Of a DNA stretch of 64,000 nucleotides, positions 40,483 through 50,632 are shown one piece after another. Made by a program: the position numbers and the translations under genes. The DNA comes from Minisyncoccota bacterium. Lineage in GTDB: Bacteria > Patescibacteriota > Minisyncoccia > Phycocordibacterales > UBA1006. Under the pieces are notes generated by a model. That model did not search any database and was not told the origin of the DNA. It saw nothing but the letters and a program-made list of their open reading frames with translations. Each line of letters begins with the position of its first letter. Within the stretch, counting starts at the first letter, position 1. The stretch covers positions 67,902 to 131,901 of the forward strand of contig JAQVEZ010000001.1 in the NCBI GenBank assembly GCA_028697455.1. Reading direction: 5' to 3'.

Positions 40483-42240
40483 TTATTCAGTGTCATCCTC
40501 TATGAATCCGTTTATCTGTGAATTCCACAGCTCTGCATAGTATCCATTTTTTTTCAAAAGTTCTTCGTGATTTCCTTCTTCGATGATAGCTCCCTTGTCC
40601 ATCACGATAATTCTATCCATTTTTTGAATAGTCGACAGCCGGTGAGCTATGACAACCGTAGTTCTTCCCTCCGAAAGCTTTTCAAAAGATTCTTGGATAT
40701 AAAATTCACTCTTAGAGTCAAGGGCAGAAGTTGCTTCGTCCATGATGAGAATTGGAGCTTCTTTCTTTAACATTGCTCGTGCAATACCTACACGTTGGCG
40801 CTGTCCCCCCGAAAGTTTGATACCTCGTTCTCCCACCATGGTTTCGTAACCATTCTCAAGGTTGTGAACAAACTCATCTACATAGGCAGCTCTTGCAGCT
40901 TCCATAACTTCATCCTGTGTTGCATTTAAGTTTCCATAATGAATATTGTCTAAAATACTTCTGTGGAACAAAATAGTATCTTGTGGAATATAAGCAATAT
41001 TTTTGCGCAAATCTTCTTGTGCAACCTTTGAAATATCTTGACCATCGATGGTTATGGATCCTTTATCGAGATCATATAAACGTAACAGAAGCTTTGTTAA
41101 ACTTGTTTTCCCAGAACCTGATTTTCCTACTACCCCAATACGTTCTCCTTCGGTAATTGAAAGGTTAAATTTTTCAAAAACGTGTTCACCGTCAGGATAT
41201 GAAAAAGAAACATTATCAAAATGGATAAAACCACGAGAGATGGTTATGGGCTCTGGTTTATCAACATCAAGGACATCAGGGACTCGTTCTATAATCTCAA
41301 TTGCCTCAACAGTATCTCCGATACTTGCAACAAGATTTCGGCTAATTCCTCCAAGTCTCCAAATCTGACTGTTTACTGAGTTTGCCATTGAAAAAACAAG
41401 TATCACTGCTCCAACAGAGAGAAGGTCTTGTTGAAATAAGGAGAGCGCATAAAAAGTAACTCCCAAGGTAAAGAGTGGTGCCAAAAGACTAATCCCTTGC
41501 TCATAGTTAATAGACGTTCGCCACACCCTTAAACTCATATTCGCTTCTTCAAGATTTTTATTGTGAAATCGTTCGAGATCATAAAATCTATTACCAAAAA
41601 ACATAATTGTTTGGATGTTGCTGATGATATCAGAGCTAACACCACGAAATTCAGAGCGCACTCTTGATTTTTGTTCGTGGAGTGGGGCAAGTTTTTTATT
41701 TGCCCAAAGAGTTAAAATTATATAGACAACCAAAAAGATAATAAAAGCAATTCCAATGTATACATGTTGGTTAAACAAAATAACGAGAGAGCCGATGATC
41801 CCAATAAACAGTGAGAATACTTGAAATAAAGCATTATCAAGAATTTGTACAAAATTCTTCCCTATGCGTGTTGATTTTTCTACAAGTGATCCCGTAAAAT
41901 TATTTACATAAAAATGATAATCATGTTTTGTAAAATCCTCAAAACTATCCTTTTGTATTCTTTTGTAAAGCTTAATTTCAAACCAAGAGAGTAAGTGCAT
42001 TGAAGCAAAGAGAAAAATTCTCCCAAGTATCCAAAGAAGGAGAATTATCATCAAGATCTTGTAGGCGCTTCCAATTTGAAGTTCTGTGAGGGCATTTGTT
42101 AGATCTTTAATATAAATAGGAGTGACAATATCTGTAATAGCAACCATCGCTCCAAAAAGAATAAAATTGCCAATGAAGGCAACTTTATATTCTCGAATAT
42201 ATTTCCAAAAATACTGAATGAGTTTTTTAAAATTTTTCAT
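40483..42240 (-). CDS. ABC exporter, fused permease and ATPase
   Basis: TM domain; GKSGSGKT, LSGGQRQR, DEATSALD, AHRLST. Confidence 0.93.
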   Translation of the reverse strand: MKNFKKLIQYFWKYIREYKVAFIGNFILFGAMVAITDIVTPIYIKDLTNALTELQIGSAYKILMIILLLWILGRIFLFASMHLLSWFEIKLYKRIQKDSFEDFTKHDYHFYVNNFTGSLVEKSTRIGKNFVQILDNALFQVFSLFIGIIGSLVILFNQHVYIGIAFIIFLVVYIILTLWANKKLAPLHEQKSRVRSEFRGVSSDIISNIQTIMFFGNRFYDLERFHNKNLEEANMSLRVWRTSINYEQGISLLAPLFTLGVTFYALSLFQQDLLSVGAVILVFSMANSVNSQIWRLGGISRNLVASIGDTVEAIEIIERVPDVLDVDKPEPITISRGFIHFDNVSFSYPDGEHVFEKFNLSITEGERIGVVGKSGSGKTSLTKLLLRLYDLDKGSITIDGQDISKVAQEDLRKNIAYIPQDTILFHRSILDNIHYGNLNATQDEVMEAARAAYVDEFVHNLENGYETMVGERGIKLSGGQRQRVGIARAMLKKEAPILIMDEATSALDSKSEFYIQESFEKLSEGRTTVVIAHRLSTIQKMDRIIVMDKGAIIEEGNHEELLKKNGYYAELWNSQINGFIEDDTE

Positions 42241-42251
42241 AACTATAATAA

Positions 42252-43928
42252 CTAAATACCAGCGTCATCTTGATAGATAACCTTACGTTTCCAGAATTTT
42301 CTTTCAAGGGCCCCCAAGAAAGATAAAAATTCTTTGTTTTTTATAAAAATAAGGAAAAGTACCCCCATTAAAATTCCTATTATTCCTGTAAAAAAACCGT
42401 GAGCAAATACTCCAAGAGTTTTTGATGAATTAAAGAGGGCGTCAGTTAAATTTAAAACAAGATACGTAACTCCACCAATAATAAGGGAAGAAAGGAGAGA
42501 TTCTCTCAGAGTTTTTTTAATTCCGTAATTTTTAAAGAAAATAAAATCCTTCCTAAAAGACTTCCAGAGCCAATAAAGATTAATAAACATTCCAACCGAA
42601 AACGCAAGAGAGAGCATGACCACAGAAGATCCAGCGACCCCTTCTATTCTCAAAAGTTTTTCAATAAAAATTTGAAAAGGGGTAAGAGCGTTAAATATTC
42701 GAACAAAAATAAAAGCAAGAATAACCGTTATTACTGATGAACTAAGCGTAATCCAAAGAGGTTTCCAAGTTTTTCCTGAGGCATAATAGGCACGTATTAA
42801 AAGTAATATGATACTTTGTGCTGCAACAGAGAGGATAAAAAGAGCAAGAGATGCAGCAGTAAGTCGAGTATCTGCCCAAGTAAAATTTCCCGCTCCGAGG
42901 ATTACTCGAACAATTTGAGCTCGTAAAACAACAAAAAGCGTGATAATAGGAAGTGACCAAAAGATAATCTGTCTAATGGGAATCATCACATGGGAAATAA
43001 ATTTTTCGTAATTCTGGTTATTAAAAAAATCAACAAGAACAGGAAAGGCTGCAACAGAATAAGATACTCCAATAATTGATAGTGGAACCGATTGAAGATT
43101 ATAGGAGAGGTTAAAAATAGAAATTGCTCCAGAACTCACAAGCGATGCAAGTGATACAAAAACCAAAAAAACAATTTTAGACATTGATAGGGTCAGCGTC
43201 CGAGGGAGCGAATGATAAATAACTTCTTTGATATCTCCCCACGAAATAGTAAAAGAAAACTTTGGCAAAAGGTTTTGTTTGAGAACAACAGGGAGTTGAA
43301 TAAAGACATGAAGAAATGCTCCCAAAATAACCCCATACGCAAGTCCTGTGATGCCAAATAAGGGATAGAAAAAGAGAATCCCAACGATAATCCCAAGGTT
43401 ATAAAAAACAGGAGAAAGAGCATAAACAAAAAACTTTTTAAAGGATTGGGTAATCGTCGCAAAAAGATTTGATATTCCAAGAAGAAGTGGAGAAAGAAGC
43501 ATAATGCGTGATAAAAGGATTACTTCTTTCAAAGTCTCCCCATCGAAGCCAGGAAAAAGCTTTTCAGTGATAATAGGAAGGAGAACAAAAAGTATCGCTG
43601 ATGCAATAATAATAAAAACAAAGAAAATGGTAAAAATGTCATCCAAAAATTTCTTCCCTTCTTTGTAGGAATCATCAAGTTTCTTTTTGAGAAAAGGCAT
43701 CAAAATTGCAACAGAGATGAATGATGCTCCAAGAGTAAAAAGAAGATCAGGAATCCTAAAAGAAGCATAATAAATATCAAGAGCTTCTCCTGCCCCTATG
43801 TTTCCTGCGAGGAGTCGATCTCGAAAAATACCCAATATTTGAGAGAGAAAAGTAAAAATCCCCAAAACAATAGCTGCCTCAGAAATGATACTGAATTCTT
43901 TATTGAAAAGTCGTTTAATTTTTTCCAT
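42252..43928 (-). CDS. murJ: Lipid II flippase MurJ
   Basis: SQILG.FRDR, Y.ASFRIPD, multi-TM MOP pattern. Confidence 0.9.
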   Translation of the reverse strand: MEKIKRLFNKEFSIISEAAIVLGIFTFLSQILGIFRDRLLAGNIGAGEALDIYYASFRIPDLLFTLGASFISVAILMPFLKKKLDDSYKEGKKFLDDIFTIFFVFIIIASAILFVLLPIITEKLFPGFDGETLKEVILLSRIMLLSPLLLGISNLFATITQSFKKFFVYALSPVFYNLGIIVGILFFYPLFGITGLAYGVILGAFLHVFIQLPVVLKQNLLPKFSFTISWGDIKEVIYHSLPRTLTLSMSKIVFLVFVSLASLVSSGAISIFNLSYNLQSVPLSIIGVSYSVAAFPVLVDFFNNQNYEKFISHVMIPIRQIIFWSLPIITLFVVLRAQIVRVILGAGNFTWADTRLTAASLALFILSVAAQSIILLLIRAYYASGKTWKPLWITLSSSVITVILAFIFVRIFNALTPFQIFIEKLLRIEGVAGSSVVMLSLAFSVGMFINLYWLWKSFRKDFIFFKNYGIKKTLRESLLSSLIIGGVTYLVLNLTDALFNSSKTLGVFAHGFFTGIIGILMGVLFLIFIKNKEFLSFLGALERKFWKRKVIYQDDAGI

Positions 43929-43992
43929 AAAATCTGAGTACAGTTTACACGAGTTTTGTTATCTTATCAAAAAACTACCTCTTGGGCAGTTT

Positions 43993-44529
43993 TTAGTTAA
44001 AAAGAATGTACAAACTTTTAAAAAGATTATTGAATTGTGGAATTTTGAGAGTTTGTCCGCAAGGTTCAATTTTCTCACCTTCTTGTTGTACAAAAAGAAA
44101 TGCCTCTCCGTGCTGGATAATAACATCATCCAAAGTTATTTTTTCGGGATTAAAATATTCGAAGGTGGTACCTTCTTGAGAAGAGTCTGTGACAGAACAT
44201 CTTTCGGTATCTCCCTGCAAGAGTTGAGAGACTGAATAAATTCCGAGAGTAAAATAAGGACTCTCTTTTATGCTCTGCTCTGCTACTTTTTTAAGATTTT
44301 TTGAAAGAGAAGATTTCTGTGAGCTCTGTAATTTCTCTTCTTTCATAGAAAGGAATTGATTATTGGAATCAAGGTTTGAAAAAGAAGGTACAGAAAAATC
44401 TTGATTCAAAGTTCCATTTGAATCAAAGAGGGGCTCTTTGTCGTGTTTTTGTTCCCCACGACTTGAAAAAAATACAGCAACGAGAACACCAACAGCAATA
44501 ATAATAGTAATAATTTCTGACAATTTCAT
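43993..44529 (-). CDS. Hypothetical membrane-anchored protein
   Basis: N-terminal TM; directly downstream of leuS. Confidence 0.65.
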   Translation of the reverse strand: MKLSEIITIIIAVGVLVAVFFSSRGEQKHDKEPLFDSNGTLNQDFSVPSFSNLDSNNQFLSMKEEKLQSSQKSSLSKNLKKVAEQSIKESPYFTLGIYSVSQLLQGDTERCSVTDSSQEGTTFEYFNPEKITLDDVIIQHGEAFLFVQQEGEKIEPCGQTLKIPQFNNLFKSLYILFN

Positions 44530-44533
44530 AGTA

Positions 44534-47074
44534 CTAAATAACTATATTAAATATTTTATCCTCTTTGTAAATGATTTTCTTGATTTCTTTTCCTGAAACC
44601 CATTTTTTGACCTCGTCTTGTGTAAGTACAAGATCAGTAATTTCTTTTTCAGAAATTCCTTTTTTAACCTTAATAAAGGCACGATTCTTCCCATTGATTT
44701 GGATAGGGAGAGTTTTTTCATCGTCCGCAAGAAATCTTTCATTGTATTGCGGAAACGATGATTGGTGAATAGAGGTATCTTCAAAACTATTCCATAATTC
44801 TTCAGTAATATGCGGTGCTATTGGTGCTAATAGCTGCAAAAAGATCTTATACTCCCCTTCCCCTATTTTTTCAAGTTTTTCAGCTTGGTTTAATAAGGTC
44901 ATTAATTGTGAAATTGCTGTATTGAATTTAAGTCTTTCAAGGTCTTCGGAAACTTTTTTAATTGTTTGATGAAGAGATTTAACGAAGAGTTCTTCTGATG
45001 GTTCCTTTGAAACTTTTTCTCTAAGTCTCCACACCCGTTCAAGAAATCGTTTGACCCCAACAACGCCATTTGGATCCCAGGGGTAATTTCCAGGCTCATT
45101 AAAAGGACCAATGAAGGCAAGATACATTCGAACGGCGTCTGCACCGACAAAAGACACAACTTCATCTGGGTCGATAACGTTTCCTTTTGATTTTGACATT
45201 TTTTGCCCGTCAGGGCCGAGGATAAGTCCGCGATTAGAGCGACCTTCATAAGCTTCAGAATGAGGAACGAGTCCTAGGGAGTGAAGTGCTTTTACCCAAA
45301 ATCGTGAGTAGAGTAAGTGCATGGTAGTGTGTTCTGAACCTCCAAAGTACAGAGATATTGGCATCCATTGCTTTATAAAATCTTCTTTTGCAAAGATATC
45401 TTGGTTTTTATTATCAAGGTAACGATAAAAATACCACGATGAATCAACAAAAGTATCCATAGTATCAACTTCTGGAGTCCAGCCTTTCCCAAAAATATTT
45501 TCTGTTCGTTCTCGAAGCTCCTGCGAACGAGCAAGAGGCGCTGTTCCATCGGGAGTATAATCAACATCCGTTGGAAGTTGCCATGGTAAATGCTCAAGGG
45601 GAATGGAGTGAGGGAGTCCTTCGGGATCATACACAATAGGGATAGGCGTTCCCCAGTATCGCTGTCTTGACACTCCCCAATCTCGTAATCGATATGTTTT
45701 CGTAAGAGTTCCTCCTACTGCTTTGGTAATTTTTACTCGTGCCTCCTCTGAACTCAGTCCATTAAATTCACCTGAATGAATAAGTCGCCCTTCAAAAGAA
45801 CATGCGACTCTCTTCCCTTTTGGAAGAAGTCCGTCCTTATCGTGTTCAATAATATCGTAAAAAGCATGCCACTCGGCATTTATTTGTTTTTGACCTTTTT
45901 CTTCATGAGCTCCTGCTTCTAAAATAGAGACATTTTCTCCTGAGGTTATAAGGGGGCGTGAATGACCTATTTCTCCCGCAGATGGAAGAATAACAAACTG
46001 AAAAGGGAGGTCGTGAGTAAGGGCAAATTCCGCATCTCTCTCATCATGAGCAGGAACAGCCATAACTGCTCCTGTTCCAAATCCTGCGAGTACATAGTCA
46101 GCAATCCATACTTCAATAGGTTTTTTTGTTGCAGGATTAATTGCAGTAATGCCTTCCAAGCGTACTCCGGTTTTTTCCTTTGTTTGCTGACGATCGCGCT
46201 CCGATTTTTTTGCAACGGATTGAACATAATTCTCAACTTCCGCCCAATTTGTAATCTGTTCTTTCCATTTTTGGATTTTTTTATGTTCAGGAGCGAGAAC
46301 AATATACGTCACACCAAACAAAGTATCAGCACGAGTTGTAAAGACTTCAAGATTCTCATTTTTTTGAATTTCAAAAGGAATAAGACTTCCCTCCTTACGT
46401 CCGATCCACTCTCGTTGAGCTTGTTTGATTGATTCGTCCCAATTAAGTTTCTCAAGATCATCAATTAAAGGATCTGCAAATTTGGTGATACGGAGCATCC
46501 ATTGAGCCATATCCTTTTGTATAACCTCACTACCGCAGCGTTCACATTTTCCAGCAATGACCTGTTCGTTTGCAAGAATTGTTTTACACTGTTCGCACCA
46601 ATTAACCTTGGTAATATCCCGATAGACAAGATCGTTTTCAAAAAACTGAGTAAACATCCATTGTGTCCAGCGATAAAACTCAGGTTCCGAGGTGATGATT
46701 TCTCGTGACCAATCAAAGCTCGCCCCCATACTCTTGAGCTGATTGCGCATATAATCAATGTTCCCGTACGTCCATTCTTTTGGGTCGAGCCCGCGTTTGA
46801 TTGCCGCATTCTCAGCAGGTAAACCAAAAGAATCAAAACCAATTGGATACAGAACGTTGTATCCTTGCATCCGTTTTAATCGTGCATAGATATCAGGCAT
46901 AGCAAAGGCATACCAATGCCCAACATGAAGATTCCCTGACGGATATGGGAACTCAGAAAGAAGATACATATTTTCTGCACCGTCTTTACTTTCTGGTGTT
47001 GTATAGATACCTTGTTTCTCCCATGTATCTTGCCATTTCTTTTCTATTTCTTTCGGATTATATTCGTGTGACAT
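44534..47074 (-). CDS. leuS: Leucine--tRNA ligase
   Basis: FPYPSG.LHVGH, FTTRADT editing domain, SRQRYWGTPIP, KMSKS. Confidence 0.97.
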   Translation of the reverse strand: MSHEYNPKEIEKKWQDTWEKQGIYTTPESKDGAENMYLLSEFPYPSGNLHVGHWYAFAMPDIYARLKRMQGYNVLYPIGFDSFGLPAENAAIKRGLDPKEWTYGNIDYMRNQLKSMGASFDWSREIITSEPEFYRWTQWMFTQFFENDLVYRDITKVNWCEQCKTILANEQVIAGKCERCGSEVIQKDMAQWMLRITKFADPLIDDLEKLNWDESIKQAQREWIGRKEGSLIPFEIQKNENLEVFTTRADTLFGVTYIVLAPEHKKIQKWKEQITNWAEVENYVQSVAKKSERDRQQTKEKTGVRLEGITAINPATKKPIEVWIADYVLAGFGTGAVMAVPAHDERDAEFALTHDLPFQFVILPSAGEIGHSRPLITSGENVSILEAGAHEEKGQKQINAEWHAFYDIIEHDKDGLLPKGKRVACSFEGRLIHSGEFNGLSSEEARVKITKAVGGTLTKTYRLRDWGVSRQRYWGTPIPIVYDPEGLPHSIPLEHLPWQLPTDVDYTPDGTAPLARSQELRERTENIFGKGWTPEVDTMDTFVDSSWYFYRYLDNKNQDIFAKEDFIKQWMPISLYFGGSEHTTMHLLYSRFWVKALHSLGLVPHSEAYEGRSNRGLILGPDGQKMSKSKGNVIDPDEVVSFVGADAVRMYLAFIGPFNEPGNYPWDPNGVVGVKRFLERVWRLREKVSKEPSEELFVKSLHQTIKKVSEDLERLKFNTAISQLMTLLNQAEKLEKIGEGEYKIFLQLLAPIAPHITEELWNSFEDTSIHQSSFPQYNERFLADDEKTLPIQINGKNRAFIKVKKGISEKEITDLVLTQDEVKKWVSGKEIKKIIYKEDKIFNIVI

Positions 47075-47160
47075 AGTTTTTATAGTACAATAAATAGAAA
47101 TTTTTTCAAAAAGAAAAGCCCACAAATGAGGGCTTTAATGTTCTTTGTTTTGTTCTTAAC

Positions 47161-47361
47161 TTATCTCCTAAGGAGAAACTTTGGAAAGCTTAATCCCAAA
47201 ATCGAGATGAGTGCTGCAATCTCACAAATAAGTAAGAATATTACAAAGAGATCCTTTTCTTCTTGTGTCTTAAGAGAAATTATCCCAAAAGAATAAGTCC
47301 CCAATAATGCAACAAAAACAAAAAGTGTAATCATAAGAGAGATAAACCAAAAATTTTTCAT
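47161..47361 (-). CDS. Small 2-TM hypothetical protein
   Basis: MKNFWFISL... with two hydrophobic helices. Confidence 0.55.
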   Translation of the reverse strand: MKNFWFISLMITLFVFVALLGTYSFGIISLKTQEEKDLFVIFLLICEIAALISILGLSFPKFLLRR

Positions 47362-47459
47362 TTGTAGATGTATTTTGATATCAATAAAACAAATTATAGA
47401 TATTTTGTCAATACTTATATCTCTCAATAAATTTAAAAAAAATATGCTAAGCTTCTTTT

Positions 47460-48782
47460 ATGGATGATTCTATTACTCTCAAAATCTCCGCTATGAGCCC
47501 TTCTGGACACGGAATTGGAATTGCCTCTGATGGAATAAAGTACTACGTTCTGGGTGCATTTATTGGAGATATCCTTGAAGTTTCTCCTTACAAAAACTCA
47601 GAAGGAATTCATTATGCAGAAATTCTTAAATTACTCTCCCCTTCTTCAGACAGATCTTTTGTTCCAAAAAAAGCTCCTTTCTATAATCCCCATGCTCCAT
47701 GGAGATATCTAATAGATACAAAAGAAATGGAGTACAAACAAAACATCATTGAAAATCTTTTTATTGGAGGAAAACAAGACCAAGAAATATTCTCACCAGA
47801 GAAAACAACATATTATCGAAATAAATCAGCATTTGCTTTTGTTGAACAAAAAGGTCGGTTAGCGTTTGCATCTTTTCAGCGTGGAAAATCTGGAGGAAAA
47901 AAAATTCCACAATTGGAGAATATTTTAAATCACGAAGTAATAACGAACCTTGCTCAAAAATTTTTAACATTTTTTAATCAACACAAGATTCCAAAAGACG
48001 AGCTTAAATACCTTATCCTTCGTTATTCATATACGACACAAACTTGTGTTGCTCATATTCTCGTAAACAAGAATTCACGCAAAAAATTATCTTTCAAAAA
48101 ATCTGATCTTGAAAGATCGCTTAAACAAAACAAAGAAATATCTGGGATTCTTGTTTCTTTTTCACTCCCTGAAACGCGATCTACTACAACTGAAAAAGAT
48201 CTTTTTCAGATAGGGAATATTGATAGTAAAGAAATATTGTTGGGCAAAAATTATCACTATCACCCAAGCCAGTTTTTTCAAGTCTACCCAGCAGCTTTTG
48301 CAGAAATCCTCAAAGACATAGAAAACTATCTAAAGACCGTTCCAGAAATATCATCTTATGAACTTCTCGATCTCTTTTCTGGTGTTGGTGTTATCGGAAT
48401 TCATCTAGCTCACCTTGTTCAAAAGGTTATTTCAATTGAACACAGTCCTCTATCTCAGATTTACACGGAAAGAAATACAAAGGAAAATAACATACATAAT
48501 TTTGAATTTCATGAACTTGATGCAGAGCAGGCACTTTCTCATATAAAAAGAAAACAAATTCTCGTTGTTGATCCTCCTCGGAGCGGGTTGAGTAAAAAAC
48601 TTTGCAAAGAGATATTTGCAAAAAGCCCAGAATATTTTGTGTATATTTCTTGTAACCCGATAACCCAAGCGCGGGATTTGGCGATGATTACTTCATACCA
48701 AAAAGTTTTTTCTCGAGCATATAACCTCTTTCCTCAAACTCAACATATTGAACATCTTGTGATCCTCAAAAGAAAATCGTGA
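47460..48782 (+). CDS. rRNA (uracil-C5)-methyltransferase, RlmD/TrmA family
   Basis: TRAM-like N-terminus, YRNK, FFQV, DLFSGVG, VDPPRSG, YISCNP.TQARD, FPQT.H.E. Confidence 0.88.
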   Translation: MDDSITLKISAMSPSGHGIGIASDGIKYYVLGAFIGDILEVSPYKNSEGIHYAEILKLLSPSSDRSFVPKKAPFYNPHAPWRYLIDTKEMEYKQNIIENLFIGGKQDQEIFSPEKTTYYRNKSAFAFVEQKGRLAFASFQRGKSGGKKIPQLENILNHEVITNLAQKFLTFFNQHKIPKDELKYLILRYSYTTQTCVAHILVNKNSRKKLSFKKSDLERSLKQNKEISGILVSFSLPETRSTTTEKDLFQIGNIDSKEILLGKNYHYHPSQFFQVYPAAFAEILKDIENYLKTVPEISSYELLDLFSGVGVIGIHLAHLVQKVISIEHSPLSQIYTERNTKENNIHNFEFHELDAEQALSHIKRKQILVVDPPRSGLSKKLCKEIFAKSPEYFVYISCNPITQARDLAMITSYQKVFSRAYNLFPQTQHIEHLVILKRKS

Positions 48783-48999
48783 TACAAGAAAAGCCCTAGT
48801 AACTCTTGAGAGTCCTTTAGGGCTTTTTAAAAATCGTTTTGGGATCTAATCATAATCTGCCATAACCATAATGTATTTCTTGATACTATTTTAACAAAAA
48901 TATAAAAAGAAACAAAGACTTGAAACAAAACAAGAAAGAACATAATAAAAGCCCAGGCAAAACTCATACGAATTTTCCTGGGCATTTCCCGTAATAACT

Positions 49000-49056
49000 T
49001 TAATTTGAGGTGCCGCCACCTCCGCAGCAGCCACCTCCAGATAATTTATTTCTCAT
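49000..49056 (-). CDS. Candidate micropeptide MRNKLSGGGCCGGGGTSN
   Basis: Own TTGCAC/TATATT promoter and downstream hairpin; GC-rich codons in an AT-rich spacer. Confidence 0.35.
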   Translation of the reverse strand: MRNKLSGGGCCGGGGTSN

Positions 49057-49135
49057 AATATTAAAATTTCTTAACTTTAATATACCAAGAATATAAAAAG
49101 GTGCAAGGTTTTTTTAAAAAATGTATACTATCTTT

Positions 49136-50599
49136 ATGAAAAAGAGCGATGAGCGACTAGAAAAACTCTATGAATCTATTCGTGTTAAAACAACCTTAAA
49201 AGAGAAAAAACAAATTGAAAAAGCTTTTTTCTTTTCTCAAAAAGCTCATGAGGGGCAAACGAGAGCAAATGGTGACCCTTATTTTTCTCATGTCTATGCA
49301 ACAGCATTGAATCTTGCTGATTTTGGACTCGACGCTACAACAATTATTGCAGGGCTCCTCCATGACACCATCGAAGATACTTCTGTTTCACCAGAAGACG
49401 TTCAAAAAGAATTTGGAGAAGAAATTCTCTTTCTTGTTAACGGAGTGACAAAGCTTGGAACACTGCGCTATCACGGAAAAGAACGCCACGTTGAATCTCT
49501 TCGAAAATTTTTCATCGCAACAGCAAAAGATTTTCGTATTGTTGTTATCAAACTTGCAGACAGACTTCACAATATTCAGACCTTACAGTTTGTCAGACAA
49601 GACAAACAAAAAAGAATAGCCGTAGAAACGATTGAGATTTATGCCCCGCTTGCTTATCGACTCGGAATGGGACATGTCGTTGGTATGCTTCAAGATGCTG
49701 CTTTTCCTTTTGCATATCCAGAAGAAGCAAAAATGATTGATGACCTTCTCAAACAAAAGAAAAAGCTCAGTGAAAAGTATCTTGAAAAAGTTTGGAGATC
49801 TCTCAAGTCTGAAATGGCAAAACACCAAATCAAAGACATTACTACCCACCAGAGGGTAAAGGGTCGCTATAGCCTCTGGAAAAAACTCCAAAAGAAAAAA
49901 ATGGATATCGAACAGGTATATGACATTGTTGCTCTTAGAGTTATTGTCCCTACTGTCGATGATTGTTACAGAGTTCTTGGAATTATTCACTCAATGTGGA
50001 GACCTCTCCCGGGAAGAATAAAAGACTACATCGCGCTCCCTAAAATAAACGGTTATCAATCTCTTCATACAACGATTTTTACAGGAGATGGGGGTATTGC
50101 TGAAATTCAAATTAGAACCCCAGAGATGCATGCCTTTGCCGAATATGGACTTGCGGCGCACTATCTTTATAAAACAGGAAGAAAAAAGAGCGCCGATGCA
50201 CGATCTCTTGATTGGCTTCAACAACTCAAAGAACTCCAAGAAAATGAAAAGTCAGCAACATTCTTAAAAAATTTAAAAACTGATTTTTTCCAAGACAGGA
50301 TCTTCGTCTTTACTCCCTTGGGAGATGTTATTAATCTTCCTCAAGGAGCCTCTGCTCTTGATTTTGCTTATTCAATTCACACCGAAATTGGAAATACTGC
50401 TCAAGCAGCTATTATCAATGGAAAAAATTCAGCACTCAAAACTCAACTTGAAAATGGAGATATCGTTGAGATCCAAACCAACAAAAAAACAACACCTTCT
50501 TCAAAATGGCTCCCTTATGTAAAAACAACCCTCGCAAGAAAACACATAGAGAAATATACCAAAGAAAATAGTCTTTGGAATAAATTCTTTAAAAACTAA
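49136..50599 (+). CDS. relA: RelA/SpoT homolog (HD hydrolase, synthetase, TGS; no ACT domain)
   Basis: LLHDTIED, KLADRLHN, KDYIA.PK.NGYQSLHT, EIQIRT, FTP.G, DFAY.IHT. Confidence 0.92.
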   Translation: MKKSDERLEKLYESIRVKTTLKEKKQIEKAFFFSQKAHEGQTRANGDPYFSHVYATALNLADFGLDATTIIAGLLHDTIEDTSVSPEDVQKEFGEEILFLVNGVTKLGTLRYHGKERHVESLRKFFIATAKDFRIVVIKLADRLHNIQTLQFVRQDKQKRIAVETIEIYAPLAYRLGMGHVVGMLQDAAFPFAYPEEAKMIDDLLKQKKKLSEKYLEKVWRSLKSEMAKHQIKDITTHQRVKGRYSLWKKLQKKKMDIEQVYDIVALRVIVPTVDDCYRVLGIIHSMWRPLPGRIKDYIALPKINGYQSLHTTIFTGDGGIAEIQIRTPEMHAFAEYGLAAHYLYKTGRKKSADARSLDWLQQLKELQENEKSATFLKNLKTDFFQDRIFVFTPLGDVINLPQGASALDFAYSIHTEIGNTAQAAIINGKNSALKTQLENGDIVEIQTNKKTTPSSKWLPYVKTTLARKHIEKYTKENSLWNKFFKN

Positions 50600-50632
50600 A
50601 ACACCTCAGAAAGGTGTTTTCGTTTATTTTAA

